A stretch of DNA of 32,000 nt, from NCBI RefSeq assembly GCF_016889045.1, contig NZ_CP069447.1; one strand, written 5' to 3'. The notes beneath the pieces were generated by a model that saw only the letters and a list, made by a program, of their open reading frames with translations, ran no database searches and had not been told where the DNA came from. Positions 1-14,361 of the stretch are shown in pieces. How positions within the stretch are numbered: position 1 is the first letter of the stretch; the number at the start of each line of letters is the position of its first letter. The position numbers were made by a program, and so were the translations under genes. The stretch comes from Escherichia coli. Lineage in GTDB: Bacteria; Pseudomonadota; Gammaproteobacteria; Enterobacterales; Enterobacteriaceae.

Positions 1-885
1 CCGGGTAAACACCACCGAAAAATAGTTACTATCTTCAAAGCCACATTCGGTCGAAATATCACTGATTAACAGGCGGCTATGCTGGAGGAGATATTGCGCA
101 TGACACACTCTGACCTGTCGCAGATATTGATTGATGGTCATTCCAGTCTGCTGACGAAATTGCTGACGCAAAACGCGCTCACTGCACGATGCCTCATCAC
201 AAAATTTATCCAGCGCAAAGGGACTTTTCAGGCTAGCCGCCAGCCGGGTAATCAGCTTATCCAGCAACGTTTCGCTGGATGTTGGCGGCAACGAATCACT
301 GGTGTAACGATGGCGATTCAGCAACATCACCAACTGCCCGAACAGCAACTCAGCCATTTCGTTAGCAAACGACACATGCTGACTACTTTCATGCTCAAGC
401 TGACCGATAACCTGCCGCGCCTGCGCCATCCCCACGCTACCTAAGCGCCAGTGTGGTTGCCCTGCGCTGGCGCTAAATCCCGGAATCGCTCCCTGCCAGT
501 CAAGATTCAGCTTCAGCCGCTCCGGGCAATAAATAATATTCTGCAAAACCAGATCGTTAACGGAAGCGTAGGAGTGTTTATCGTCAGCATGAATATAAAA
601 GAGATCGCCACGGGTAATGCGATAAGGACGATCGTTGAGTACATGCAGACCATTACCGCGCCAGACAATCACCAGCTCACAAAAATCATGTGTATGTTCG
701 GCAAAGACATCTTGCGGATAACGGTCAGCCACAGCGACTGCCTGCTGGTCGCTGGCAAAAAAATCATCTTTGAGAAGTTTTAACTGATGCGCCACCGTGG
801 CTACCTCGGCCAGAGAACGAAGTTGATTATTCGCAATATGGCGTACAAATACGTTGAGAAGATTCGCGTTATTGCAGAAAACCAT
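1..885 (-). CDS. rhaR: L-rhamnose operon transcriptional activator RhaR (AraC family), 3' end cut by window start
   Basis: Minus-strand reading frame from ATG at 885-883 ([34 protein letters not shown]...) through ...[10 protein letters not shown] at position 1. The stop lies outside the window, so it is not in the ORF track. Overlaps the end of rhaS. Confidence 0.93.
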   Translation of the reverse strand, partial: MVFCNNANLLNVFVRHIANNQLRSLAEVATVAHQLKLLKDDFFASDQQAVAVADRYPQDVFAEHTHDFCELVIVWRGNGLHVLNDRPYRITRGDLFYIHADDKHSYASVNDLVLQNIIYCPERLKLNLDWQGAIPGFSASAGQPHWRLGSVGMAQARQVIGQLEHESSQHVSFANEMAELLFGQLVMLLNRHRYTSDSLPPTSSETLLDKLITRLAASLKSPFALDKFCDEASCSERVLRQQFRQQTGMTINQYLRQVRVCHAQYLLQHSRLLISDISTECGFEDSNYFSVVFTR

Positions 886-1705
886 CCCGTCCCTGACGAA
901 TATCACGCGGTGACCAGTTAAACTCTCGGCGAAAAAGCGTCGAAAAGTGGTTACTGTCGCTGAATCCGCAGCGATAGGCGATGTCAGTAACGCTGGCCTC
1001 GCTGTGGCGTAGCAGATGTCGGGCTTTCATCAGTCGCAGGCGGTTCAGGTAACGCTGAGGCGTCAGCCCCGTTTGCTGCTTAAGCTGGCGATGCAGCGTA
1101 CGCAATGAAAGAGAAAATTGATCCGCCACAGCGTCCCAATTCACCTCATCGGCAAAATGGTCCTCCAGCCAGGCCAGAAGCAAGTTGAGACGTGATGCGC
1201 TGTTTTCCAGGTTCTCCTGCAAACTGCTTTTACGCAGCAAGAGCAATAATTGCATAAATAAGATCTCGCGACTGGCGGTCGAGGGTAAATCATTTTCCCC
1301 TTCCTGCTGTTCCATCTGTGCAACCAGCTGTCGCACCTGCTGCAATACGCTGTAGTTAACACGCCAGTGAGACGGATACTGCCCATCCTGCTCTTGTGGC
1401 AGCAACTGATTCAGCCCGGCGAGAAACTGAAATCGATCCGGCGAGCGATACAGCACATTGGTCAGACACAGATTATCGGTATGTTCATACAGATGCCGAT
1501 CATGATCGCGTACGAAACAGACCGTCCCACCGGTGATGGTATAGGGCTGCCCATTAAATACATGAATACCCGTGCCATGTTCGACAATCACAATTTCATG
1601 AAAATCATGATGATGTTCAGGAAAATCCGCCTGCGGAAGCCGGGGTTCTATCGCCACGGACGCGTTACCAGACGGAAAAAAATCCACACTATGTAATACG
1701 GTCAT
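869..1705 (-). CDS. rhaS: L-rhamnose catabolism transcriptional activator RhaS (AraC family)
   Basis: 278-aa [40 protein letters not shown]..., C-terminal AraC HTH; divergent from rhaB. Confidence 0.97.
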   Translation of the reverse strand: MTVLHSVDFFPSGNASVAIEPRLPQADFPEHHHDFHEIVIVEHGTGIHVFNGQPYTITGGTVCFVRDHDRHLYEHTDNLCLTNVLYRSPDRFQFLAGLNQLLPQEQDGQYPSHWRVNYSVLQQVRQLVAQMEQQEGENDLPSTASREILFMQLLLLLRKSSLQENLENSASRLNLLLAWLEDHFADEVNWDAVADQFSLSLRTLHRQLKQQTGLTPQRYLNRLRLMKARHLLRHSEASVTDIAYRCGFSDSNHFSTLFRREFNWSPRDIRQGRDGFLQ

Positions 1706-1865
1706 ACTGGCCTCCTGATGTCGTCAACACGGCGAAATAGTAATCACGAGGTCAGGTTCTTACCTTAAATTTTCGACGGAAAACCACGTAAAAAACGTCG
1801 ATTTTTCAAGATACAGCGTGAATTTTCAGAAAATGCGGTGAGCATCACATCACCACAATGAAGCA

Positions 1866-1887
1866 AATTGTGAACATCATCACGTTC
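1866..1887. promoter_or_regulatory. Putative CRP site in rhaS-rhaB intergenic region
   Basis: TGTGA-ACATCA-TCACG at 1869-1884, matches TGTGA-N6-TCACA with one mismatch. Confidence 0.75.
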
Positions 1888-1937
1888 ATCTTTCCCTGGT
1901 TGCCAATGGCCCATTTTCCTGTCAGTAACGAGAAGGT
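1888..1937 (+). promoter_or_regulatory. RhaS binding site of the rhaBAD promoter (two inverted 17-bp half sites)
   Basis: ATCTTTCCCTGGTTGCC (1888-1904), 16-bp spacer, GTCAGTAACGAGAAGGT (1921-1937); matches the known architecture of the rhaBAD activator site. Confidence 0.8.
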
Positions 1938-1959
1938 CACGAATTCAGGCGCTTTTTAG

Positions 1960-4718
<2,759 letters not shown>

Positions 4719-4722
4719 ACAC

Positions 4723-5135
4723 TGCCGGATGCGGCACAAGTGCCTTATCCGGCCTACAGGTCGGCAATAGTTGTAGGCCTGATAAGACGCGACAGCGTCG
4801 CATCAGGCATTGATTGCCGGATGCGGCACAAGTGCCTTATCCGGCCTACGGGTCGGCAATAGTTGTAGGCCTGATAAGACGCGACAGCGTCGCATCAGGC
4901 ATTGATTGCCGGATGCGGCACGAGTGCCTTATCCGGCCTACGGGTCAGCAACAGTTGTAGGCCTGATAAGACGCGACAGCGTCGCATCAGGCATTGATTG
5001 CCGGATGCGGCACGAGTGCCTTATCCGGCCTACGGGTCAGCAGCAGTTGTAGGCCTGATAAGACGCGACAGCGTCGCATCAGGCATTGATTGCCGGATGC
5101 GGCATGAGTGCCTTATCCGGCCTACAGATCGTACA
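4723..5135. repeat. BIME/REP (PU) array: four full 92-bp tandem units plus a partial fifth, between rhaA and rhaD
   Basis: TGCCGGATGCGGCA starts at 4723, 4815, 4907, 4999 and 5091 (exact 92-bp period). Each unit has TTATCCGGCCTAC and an inverted GTAGGCCTGATAAGACGCG...GCGTCGCATCAGGCA module. Confidence 0.93.
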
Positions 5136-5178
5136 TCCGGCAACAGGCACGGACGTCCAATTAACAGGAACACAGAAC

Positions 5179-6003
5179 ATGCAAAACATAACCCAGTCCT
5201 GGTTTGTCCAGGGAATGATCAAAGCCACCACCGATGCCTGGCTGAAAGGCTGGGACGAGCGCAACGGCGGCAACCTGACGCTGCGCCTGGATGACGCCGA
5301 TATCGCACCATATCACGACAATTTTCACCAACAACCGCGCTATATCCCGCTCAGCCAGCCCATGCCTTTACTGGCAAATACACCGTTTATTGTCACCGGC
5401 TCCGGCAAATTCTTCCGTAACGTCCAGCTTGATCCTGCGGCTAACTTAGGCATCGTAAAAGTCGACAGCGACGGCGCGGGCTACCACATTCTTTGGGGGT
5501 TAACCAACGAAGCCGTCCCCACTTCCGAACTTCCAGCTCACTTCCTTTCCCACTGCGAGCGCATTAAAGCCACCAACGGCAAAGATCGGGTGATCATGCA
5601 CTGCCACGCCACTAACCTGATCGCTCTCACCTACGTGCTGGAAAACGACACCGCGGTCTTCACTCGCCAACTGTGGGAAGGCAGCACCGAGTGTCTGGTG
5701 GTATTCCCGGATGGCGTTGGCATTCTGCCGTGGATGGTACCCGGCACGGACGAAATCGGCCAGGCAACTGCACAAGAGATGCAAAAACATTCGCTGATGT
5801 TGTGGCCCTTCCACGGTGTGTTCGGTTCCGGACCGACACTGGATGAAACCTTCGGTTTAATCGACACCGCAGAAAAATCAGCACAAATATTAGTGAAGGT
5901 TTATTCGATGGGCGGCATGAAACAGACCATCAGCCGTGAAGAGTTGATAGCGCTCGGCCAGCGTTTCGGCGTTACACCACTCGCCAGTGCGCTGGCGCTG
6001 TAA
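5179..6003 (+). CDS. rhaD: Rhamnulose-1-phosphate aldolase
   Basis: [42 protein letters not shown]...; the ORF track start at 5086 runs into the REP array, real start taken at 5179. Confidence 0.96.
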   Translation: MQNITQSWFVQGMIKATTDAWLKGWDERNGGNLTLRLDDADIAPYHDNFHQQPRYIPLSQPMPLLANTPFIVTGSGKFFRNVQLDPAANLGIVKVDSDGAGYHILWGLTNEAVPTSELPAHFLSHCERIKATNGKDRVIMHCHATNLIALTYVLENDTAVFTRQLWEGSTECLVVFPDGVGILPWMVPGTDEIGQATAQEMQKHSLMLWPFHGVFGSGPTLDETFGLIDTAEKSAQILVKVYSMGGMKQTISREELIALGQRFGVTPLASALAL

Positions 6004-6012
6004 GGAGCAAAC

Positions 6013-6327
6013 ATGATCCGCAAAGCCTTTGTCATGCAGGTAAACCCCGACGCCCACGAAGAGTATCAGCGTCGGCATAATCCCATCTGGCCGGAACTGG
6101 AAGCAGTGCTGAAATCTCACGGTGCGCATAACTACGCCATCTATCTCGACAAAGCGCATAATCTGCTATTTGCCACGGTAGAGATTGAATCTGAAGAACG
6201 GTGGAATGCGGTTGCCAGTACAGATGTTTGCCAACGTTGGTGGAAATATATGACCGACGTTATGCCCGCTAATGCGGATAACAGCCCAGTCAGTAGCGAA
6301 CTGCAAGAAGTGTTTTACCTGCCTTAA
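6013..6327 (+). CDS. rhaM: L-rhamnose mutarotase
   Basis: 104-aa [46 protein letters not shown]... Confidence 0.96.
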
Positions 6328-6367
6328 TGAGTTGCGGTGCCGGAAAATATCCAGCACCGCCCTTTCA

Positions 6368-7741
6368 TCAGAAGAAGTATTTAAAGCGAACGCGTGCGCC
6401 GTAACGGTCATCACTATCGTCGCCGTGTATCTTATCGCCGTCGCTATCCAGAATGGAGTAATACGTGCCGAGGTAAATATTAAAGTTCTCCATATCCATC
6501 ACATTAGCGAACTGATAAGACGCATGAATGGTGTGAATGTTGTATGTTCCTTCATCATCAATCCAGCAATCGTTATCACAAACCACGCCACTAAATTCAT
6601 CAATCTTATTATGTGCATAGATATAACCCAGCTCGAAACGTTTCCACAGCGCGTTAATCCCTGCCGTGAAATCTTTTTCATTATTAGCATCTAAATAGGC
6701 GGTATTAAGATTAACCACGATGCCATTTTCCGGATCGGTTTTCAGGCCATTCCAGGTCATACTCATGCCATAACCGGTACGATCGGACTGATCGACAAAA
6801 TTACCCTTGCTATCGGTATAACCATAAGCATTATTTACCACATTCGCTTCCATCGCTGCGGAAACGGTGAATTCTTCCGTCGGCGACCAGGCAATTACCG
6901 GACGCAGATAAGCAACATTTTTCTGCTGTTCCATATCGCGTCCATGATAATTACCGTCGTTATATAAAGATGTTCCGTCTTCCAGTAACGTGTTTAATTC
7001 AAAATACCAGTTATCGAGTTGTTTGCTGACGAGGAAATTACCGCCAGCGTTAGAACGTCCGCGGCCCTCTTTCATCATATAGATATAACCGCTGCCATCG
7101 TCATAAAGATCGTTCGCAGTATTACCGGAATGTTCAACAAAGGTATCCTGATTCAGCGGGAACATATCGTAGGCTTCAAAACGGCCTACTTTGACCTTCC
7201 AGTCGTTTTCTTTGCCAAAGAAGAAAACCGCATCATCGATATTTACTGAACCGTGCATATCCCCCAGCGGTTGTGCGGAGAACCCAGCGAAATAGCCATT
7301 ATCCAGTTTTCGCATACCATCAAAACCTAACAGAATACGACCATTGAGATTCCACTGTTCATTAGTGGGATCGCTATTCACATCAGCGTTGGTCATTGCC
7401 AGCAGGCCATGATTACTTTCCGCATCCATATTAAATTCTACGTCACCGTAGATTTTTAAATCGCCATACCCTGAAAGCAGGAGATTAGGCGGGGTGGCGT
7501 TTTTCTTCTCTGACTCCGTCGTTGATTGACCGTTTACCGGCGTGTTGCCCTGTGCGGTTTTAATTTCGCGGATCTCGGCGGCTTGTTGTGTCTGAAGCTG
7601 TTTAACCTGCCCCTCTGCTTTTGCTGCCCGCATTTCTGCCGCTTCCAGGCGTTGTTCCAGCGTTAAATGCTGTGTTTTTGCCATACCGGTACTACATGCC
7701 AATAATAAACCGATGGCTAAAGATAATGTCGATTTTTTCAT
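6368..7741 (-). CDS. Outer-membrane carbohydrate-porin-like protein with N-terminal coiled-coil
   Basis: 457 aa; Sec signal MKKSTLSLAIGLLLACSTGMAK; heptad-like LEQRLEAAEMRAAKAEGQVKQLQTQQAAEI resembling the ScrY N-terminus; aromatic-rich body; C-terminal RVRFKYFF ending in Phe as in beta-barrels. Confidence 0.75.
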   Translation of the reverse strand: MKKSTLSLAIGLLLACSTGMAKTQHLTLEQRLEAAEMRAAKAEGQVKQLQTQQAAEIREIKTAQGNTPVNGQSTTESEKKNATPPNLLLSGYGDLKIYGDVEFNMDAESNHGLLAMTNADVNSDPTNEQWNLNGRILLGFDGMRKLDNGYFAGFSAQPLGDMHGSVNIDDAVFFFGKENDWKVKVGRFEAYDMFPLNQDTFVEHSGNTANDLYDDGSGYIYMMKEGRGRSNAGGNFLVSKQLDNWYFELNTLLEDGTSLYNDGNYHGRDMEQQKNVAYLRPVIAWSPTEEFTVSAAMEANVVNNAYGYTDSKGNFVDQSDRTGYGMSMTWNGLKTDPENGIVVNLNTAYLDANNEKDFTAGINALWKRFELGYIYAHNKIDEFSGVVCDNDCWIDDEGTYNIHTIHASYQFANVMDMENFNIYLGTYYSILDSDGDKIHGDDSDDRYGARVRFKYFF

Positions 7742-8094
7742 TATTTACGTTCCCTGAAATAAAGGAGACCCTACGCTTTCCAAAAGGAATACGTATATAG
7801 AGAAATATAAGGTGTGCACTTTCGAATTTTTAATCCAACTTCAGCAGGCCGATGGATAGTATCCCGCCGCATAATATGAGTAAATCCGCTGATTTCCTGG
7901 AACGTGAGGAATATAACAATAGTGCCGTTTTTAACTAAATATCGTAAAAAATATTAGATATGATTCACGCTGACTCATAAGCCACAAATATAAATAACGC
8001 TTAAACAAATTATCTGAGACATTTTAACATTCACAAAATCATTAAATAATGATACTTTATTCACAAAATTTATCCTTCACTCTGCTTTATATTG

Positions 8095-8649
8095 TTACGA
8101 CTTCGTGACATATCCGTGCTCATCACAAACCCGCCCCGCGATTACAATTAACTGTAATATTTCATCGACCATTTCGTTGTAATCGCATAACGCTCGTGGA
8201 AATGAGTCTTCGGCCATCCAGCTTGAGTTTGCGTCCTGAAGTTGCTCTTTATCCCAGTCAGAGTGCAGGACTTTATCTCTGATGCGGCGAACGTATTTTT
8301 TAGCCTCGAGTTGATACTGGCCTGCCGAATTAATAAACGAGAAATTCATGCCGCTTTTATCCGCTTCTTTGGCTTGCGCCACCAGCGTTTCCAGTTCAGA
8401 CACTTTCTTCATTGCCGCTTCTGCATCAAACTTATCTTGCGATATCAGGTTATTAATTTGTTTCGCTGAAATCATGACTGCCAGAGAGTAGTAGTGGAAT
8501 GTTTTCCCTTTCGCAAACGCATCGTCTTTATAATTTTCCTGGGTGTAATATTTATCCATTTCGTTAATGGTATTACCCAACGCTACGGCAGCATCAATAT
8601 AACTCACCGCCACGCCATCAATAGGTTGCAGCGCAGGCGTTAACGCCAC
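8095..8649 (-). pseudogene. yiiG: yiiG remnant (lipoprotein-like gene lacking its N-terminal and an internal segment)
   Basis: Frame opens only at a GTG with no signal peptide: ALTPALQPIDGVAVSYIDAAVALGNTINEMDKYYTQ...; matches remembered internal YiiG sequence, with an apparent internal junction at AFAKGKT/FHYYSLAV and a divergent C-terminus. Confidence 0.55.
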
Positions 8650-8693
8650 TACACGCGTTTTGTTTATGAAAAAATAACAAAATTCACGAAATG

Positions 8694-8732
8694 AATAAGT
8701 CCTGCAATTTAATATATATCACAGGACTTATT
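8694..8732. terminator. Bidirectional intrinsic terminator-like hairpin downstream of fdhD
   Basis: AATAAGTCCTG (8694-8704) / CAGGACTTATT (8722-8732), 11-bp perfect stem, flanked by TTTT. Confidence 0.75.
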
Positions 8733-8736
8733 TTAA

Positions 8737-9570
8737 TTAATTGCTCAAACGCTGCGGATGGGTATAAACCGTTGCCCGACCCGGTTTACAAAAGCCCACC
8801 AGCGTCAGATTACAGCGCTCAGCCACTTCTACAGCAAGTGTGGTCGCGGCAGACACCGCAAACAAAATCTCTACGCCGCACATCGCCGACTTTTGCACCA
8901 TTTCATAACTGGCACGGCTGGAAACCAGCACCGCACCTTGCTGCCAGCTTTCCCCTTCTTGTGACCGGCGGCCTAACAGTTTGTCCAGCGCCACATGGCG
9001 ACCCACGTCTTCATGCCCGCCGACCAGTTCGCCAGATGGCAACATCCAGGCAGCGGCGTGAGTACAACCAGTCAGTTGCCCCACTGGCTGGAAATCATTG
9101 AGATGACGTAATGCATCATCCAGTTTGTTGAGATCAAACATCTGGGTGAACGGCAGCGGCTGCACCGGTTTACCGATATCGTTAAGCTGTTCTACACCGC
9201 ATACGCCACAGCCCGTACGTCCCGCCAGCGCCCGGCGGCGCTCCTTCAACCCCATAAAGCGGCGGCTGGAAAGCTCAATTTGTACTTCCAGGCCATTACA
9301 GGAAGGAACGACATCCATGCCGAAGATATCGCGCGGGCTTTCGATAATTCCTTCGGAAAGCGAAAAACCGAGCGCAAAGTACTCAAGGTCTTTGGGCGAC
9401 GCCATCATCACCACGTGCGAAATGCCGTTGTAGACCAGCGCAACGGGAACTTCTTCCGCCACCTCATCTAACCGTGGGTGTTGTAAATCATCACGCCGCC
9501 ATAACTCAATTTGACGAACACCTGTGATATTTGTCACATTCTCGATTTCTTTTTGCTGTGTTTTTTTCAC
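8737..9570 (-). CDS. fdhD: Formate dehydrogenase accessory sulfurtransferase FdhD
   Basis: 277 aa with RTGCGVCG motif; [29 protein letters not shown]... Confidence 0.97.
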   Translation of the reverse strand: MKKTQQKEIENVTNITGVRQIELWRRDDLQHPRLDEVAEEVPVALVYNGISHVVMMASPKDLEYFALGFSLSEGIIESPRDIFGMDVVPSCNGLEVQIELSSRRFMGLKERRRALAGRTGCGVCGVEQLNDIGKPVQPLPFTQMFDLNKLDDALRHLNDFQPVGQLTGCTHAAAWMLPSGELVGGHEDVGRHVALDKLLGRRSQEGESWQQGAVLVSSRASYEMVQKSAMCGVEILFAVSAATTLAVEVAERCNLTLVGFCKPGRATVYTHPQRLSN

Positions 9571-9763
9571 TTTCTATTAACCAGATAAGAACACACACAC
9601 CAACATTATGGTATTCTGCTACAAACCCTTCCTGGATGGAGGGAAATTGAGCCAATTCTGGACCTTTGCGGCCCCTTCCGCAAAGAAAAATAACTCCCAC
9701 TCCCTGCACACGCAGCAAGCGAATGTAAATGGGACGTGACAATGTCGAAACAAGGAGCAATCC

Positions 9764-12700
9764 ATGCAGGTCAGCAGAAGGCAGTTCTTTAAGATCTGCG
9801 CTGGCGGTATGGCAGGCACCACGGCAGCGGCACTGGGTTTTGCACCCAGCGTAGCACTCGCGGAAACCCGGCAGTATAAACTGCTGCGCACCCGCGAAAC
9901 CCGTAATACCTGCACCTATTGTTCCGTAGGCTGTGGGCTGTTGATGTACAGCCTCGGTGACGGAGCAAAAAACGCCAAAGCATCTATCTTCCATATCGAA
10001 GGTGACCCGGATCACCCGGTCAACCGCGGAGCACTTTGTCCGAAAGGCGCTGGCCTGGTGGATTTCATCCACTCCGAAAGCCGCCTGAAGTTTCCGGAAT
10101 ACCGTGCGCCAGGTTCTGATAAATGGCAACAAATCAGTTGGGAAGAGGCGTTTGATCGCATCGCCAAACTGATGAAAGAAGACCGCGATGCGAACTACAT
10201 TGCGCAAAACGCCGAAGGCGCGACTGTTAACCGCTGGCTCTCCACCGGAATGCTGTGTGCTTCCGCGTCGAGCAACGAAACCGGCTATTTAACGCAAAAA
10301 TTCTCCCGCGCGCTGGGTATGCTCGCGGTCGACAACCAGGCGCGTGTCTGACACGGACCAACGGTAGCAAGTCTTGCTCCAACATTTGGTCGCGGTGCGA
10401 TGACCAACCACTGGGTCGACATCAAGAATGCCAACCTCGTCGTGGTGATGGGCGGTAACGCCGCTGAAGCTCACCCGGTCGGGTTCCGCTGGGCGATGGA
10501 AGCCAAAATTCACAACGGCGCGAAGCTGATTGTGATCGATCCTCGCTTTACACGTACAGCGGCGGTGGCTGACTACTATGCCCCTATCCGTTCCGGTACT
10601 GACATTGCTTTCCTGTCAGGCGTATTGCTGTACCTGCTGAACAATGAAAAATTCAACCGCGAATACACCGAAGCCTATACCAACGCCAGCCTGATCGTGC
10701 GTGAGGATTACGGCTTTGAAGATGGCCTGTTCACCGGCTACGACGCGGAAAAACGCAAGTACGATAAGTCCACCTGGACTTACGAACTGGACGAAAACGG
10801 CTTCGCCAAACGTGATACTACCCTGCAACATCCACGTTGCGTGTGGAACTTGCTGAAACAGCACGTTTCCCGTTATACGCCAGATGTGGTTGAAAACATC
10901 TGCGGTACGCCAAAAGACGCGTTCCTGAAAGTCTGCGAATACATCGCCGAAACCAGTGCTCACGATAAAACAGCGTCGTTCCTCTACGCCCTCGGCTGGA
11001 CGCAACACTCCATTGGTGCGCAAAACATTCGTACGATGGCGATGATCCAGCTGCTGCTCGGCAACATGGGGATGGCAGGCGGCGGCGTTAACGCCCTGCG
11101 CGGTCACTCCAATATTCAGGGGCTGACGGACCTGGGGCTACTGTCGCAGAGTCTGCCAGGTTACATGACGCTGCCAAGCGAGAAGCAGACCGATCTGCAA
11201 ACTTACCTTACCGCCAACACGCCGAAACCACTGCTGGAAGGCCAGGTTAACTACTGGGGCAACTACCCGAAATTCTTCGTCTCTATGATGAAGGCATTCT
11301 TTGGTGATAAAGCGACGGCGGAAAATAGCTGGGGCTTTGACTGGTTGCCGAAGTGGGATAAAGGCTACGACGTCCTGCAATACTTCGAGATGATGAAAGA
11401 AGGCAAGGTCAATGGCTATATCTGCCAGGGCTTTAACCCTGTTGCCTCATTCCCGAACAAAAACAAAGTGATCGGCTGTCTGTCGAAGCTGAAATTCCTC
11501 GTGACTATCGACCCGCTGAACACTGAAACCTCTAACTTCTGGCAGAACCACGGTGAGCTGAACGAAGTTGACTCGTCGAAGATCCAGACCGAAGTGTTCC
11601 GTCTACCATCGACCTGCTTCGCGGAAGAGAACGGTTCTATCGTTAACTCAGGTCGCTGGTTACAGTGGCACTGGAAAGGTGCGGACGCCCCGGGGATTGC
11701 GCTGACTGATGGCGAGATCCTCTCCGGTATCTTCCTGCGCTTGCGCAAGATGTATGCCGAACAGGGTGGCGCGAACCCGGACCAGGTGCTGAACATGACC
11801 TGGAACTACGCCATTCCGCATGAGCCATCTTCAGAAGAAGTGGCAATGGAGAGCAACGGCAAAGCGCTGGCCGATATTACCGACCCGGCAACCGGTGCGG
11901 TTATCGTCAAGAAAGGCCAACAACTTAGCTCGTTCGCCCAACTGCGCGATGACGGCACAACCTCCTGTGGCTGCTGGATTTTCGCCGGTAGCTGGACGCC
12001 GGAAGGCAACCAGATGGCGCGTCGTGATAACGCCGATCCGTCTGGCCTCGGTAACACGCTGGGCTGGGCATGGGCATGGCCGCTTAACCGCCGCATTCTG
12101 TATAACCGCGCCTCCGCAGATCCGCAGGGTAACCCGTGGGATCCGAAGCGTCAGTTGCTGAAATGGGACGGCACTAAGTGGACCGGCTGGGATATTCCGG
12201 ATTACAGCGCAGCGCCTCCGGGCAGCGGCGTAGGGCCGTTTATCATGCAGCAGGAAGGCATGGGACGTCTGTTTGCCCTCGATAAGATGGCGGAAGGTCC
12301 GTTCCCGGAACACTACGAGCCGTTTGAAACGCCGCTGGGAACTAACCCGCTGCATCCAAACGTTATCTCGAATCCGGCGGCGCGTATCTTTAAAGACGAT
12401 GCCGAAGCATTAGGTAAAGCCGATAAGTTCCCGTATGTCGGAACCACCTATCGTCTGACCGAGCACTTCCACTACTGGACCAAACACGCGCTGTTGAACG
12501 CGATTTTGCAACCAGAGCAGTTTGTGGAAATCGGGGAGTCGCTGGCGAATAAACTTGGCATTGCCCAGGGCGATACTGTGAAAGTCTCCTCCAACCGTGG
12601 CTATATCAAAGCCAAAGCGGTAGTGACCAAACGTATTCGCACGCTGAAAGCAAACGGCAAAGATATCGATACCATCGGTATTCCTATTCACTGGGGCTAT

Positions 12701-12814
12701 GAAGGTGTTGCGAAAAAAGGCTTTATTGCCAATACGTTGACGCCATTCGTCGGTGATGCGAACACGCAGACGCCGGAGTTTAAGTCCTTCCTTGTGAATG
12801 TGGAAAAGGTGTAA
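9764..12814 (+). CDS. fdoG: Formate dehydrogenase-O major subunit, selenocysteine-containing, Tat substrate
   Basis: Two track ORFs (9764-10351 and 10400-12814) are one frame interrupted by a single UGA at 10349-10351 (codon 196). Tat motif SRRQFFK; CTYCSVGCG 4Fe-4S motif; molybdopterin oxidoreductase sequence. Total 1016 residues. Confidence 0.97.
10349..10391 (+). promoter_or_regulatory. Bacterial SECIS element immediately 3' of the Sec UGA
   Basis: UGA followed by CACG-GACCAA-CGGT-AGCAA-GTC-TTGCT-CCAACAT-TTGGTC; outer stem GACCAA (10356-10361)/TTGGTC (10386-10391) and inner AGCAA/TTGCT hairpin. Confidence 0.85.
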
Positions 12815-12826
12815 CGGAGACGACAT

Positions 12827-13729
12827 ATGGCTTATCAATCGCAAGATATCATTCGTCGTTCCGCGACTAACGGTCTGACCCCCGCGCCTCAGGCGCGGGA
12901 CTTCCAGGAAGAAGTGGCGAAACTCATCGACGTTACCACCTGTATCGGCTGTAAAGCCTGTCAGGTGGCGTGTTCAGAGTGGAACGACATTCGCGATACC
13001 GTCGGCAATAACATTGGGGTGTACGACAACCCCAATGATTTAAGTGCCAAATCGTGGACGGTGATGCGATTCTCGGAAGTGGAGCAGAACGACAAACTGG
13101 AATGGCTGATCCGCAAAGACGGCTGTATGCACTGTTCCGATCCAGGCTGCCTGAAAGCGTGCCCGGCGGAAGGGGCAATTATTCAGTATGCCAACGGTAT
13201 CGTCGACTTCCAGTCCGAGCAGTGCATCGGCTGCGGTTATTGCATTGCGGGCTGTCCGTTCGACATTCCGCGCCTCAACCCGGAAGACAACCGCGTCTAC
13301 AAATGTACGCTGTGCGTTGACCGCGTGGTGGTTGGGCAAGAACCGGCCTGCGTGAAGACCTGCCCAACGGGCGCGATTCACTTCGGTACGAAAGAGTCGA
13401 TGAAAACGCTGGCGAGCGAGCGCGTGGCGGAGCTGAAAACCCGTGGTTACGACAATGCGGGTTTGTACGACCCGGCAGGCGTCGGTGGTACACATGTTAT
13501 GTACGTGCTGCACCATGCTGACAAGCCAAATCTGTATCATGGCTTGCCGGAGAACCCGGAAATCAGCGAAACCGTGAAATTCTGGAAAGGCATCTGGAAA
13601 CCGCTCGCAGCTGTTGGCTTTGCGGCTACCTTCGCAGCCAGTATCTTCCACTACGTGGGTGTCGGTCCGAACCGTGCGGATGAGGAAGAGAATAATCTGC
13701 ACGAAGAGAAAGACGAGGAGCGCAAATGA
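12827..13729 (+). CDS. fdoH: Formate dehydrogenase-O iron-sulfur subunit
   Basis: 300 aa with four ferredoxin-type Cys clusters ([44 protein letters not shown]) and C-terminal TM. Confidence 0.97.
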
Positions 13730-14361
13730 AACGACGTGACACCATCGTGCGCTACACCGCGCCGGAACGTATCAACCACTGGATCACCGCCTTCTGCTTC
13801 ATCCTGGCGGCGGTGAGCGGGCTGGGCTTTTTGTTCCCGTCCTTCAACTGGTTGATGCAAATCATGGGCACACCGCAGCTGGCGCGCATTCTGCACCCGT
13901 TTGTCGGCGTGGTTATGTTTGCCTCGTTCATCATCATGTTTTTCCGTTACTGGCATCACAACCTAATCAATCGGGATGATATCTTTTGGGCGAAGAATAT
14001 TCGTAAGATCGTCGTCAACGAGGAAGTAGGTGACACCGGGCGTTATAACTTCGGTCAGAAATGCGTTTTCTGGGCGGCGATTATTTTCCTGGTCCTGTTG
14101 CTGGTGAGCGGCGTGATTATCTGGCGTCCTTATTTTGCGCCTGCTTTCTCAATCCCGGTGATCCGATTCGCGTTAATGCTGCATTCATTTGCCGCAGTGG
14201 CGTTAATTGTGGTTATCATGGTGCATATCTACGCCGCCCTTTGGGTGAAAGGCACGATTACCGCCATGGTGGAAGGATGGGTGACCAGCGCATGGGCAAA
14301 GAAACATCACCCGCGCTGGTACCGTGAGGTCCGCAAGACAACGGAAAAGAAAGCTGAATGA
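13726..14361 (+). CDS. fdoI: Formate dehydrogenase-O cytochrome b556 subunit
   Basis: 211 aa multi-TM protein [32 protein letters not shown]...; overlaps fdoH stop. Confidence 0.96.

Noticed and set aside
79-783. Plus-strand ORFs of 121 and 110 aa at the left edge
   Set aside because: Antisense to rhaR, whose minus-strand frame is open to the window start.
4723-5135. Regular spaced repeats possibly resembling a CRISPR array
   Set aside because: The whole 92-bp unit including spacers is repeated and carries REP/BIME sequences; there are no unique spacers and no cas genes.
4998-5294. ORFs on both strands within the REP array (e.g. 4998-5294 +, 5079-5273 -, 4525-4803 -)
   Set aside because: Generated by repeat sequence without RBS or protein-like composition.
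10349-10351. Premature stop suggesting an fdoG pseudogene
   Set aside because: UGA at the known Sec position with SECIS downstream; the full frame is otherwise intact.
11416-12844. Long antisense ORFs opposite fdoG (126, 174 and 144 aa) and opposite fdoH (220 aa)
   Set aside because: Shadow ORFs typical of GC-rich codon-biased genes; no independent motifs or RBS noted.
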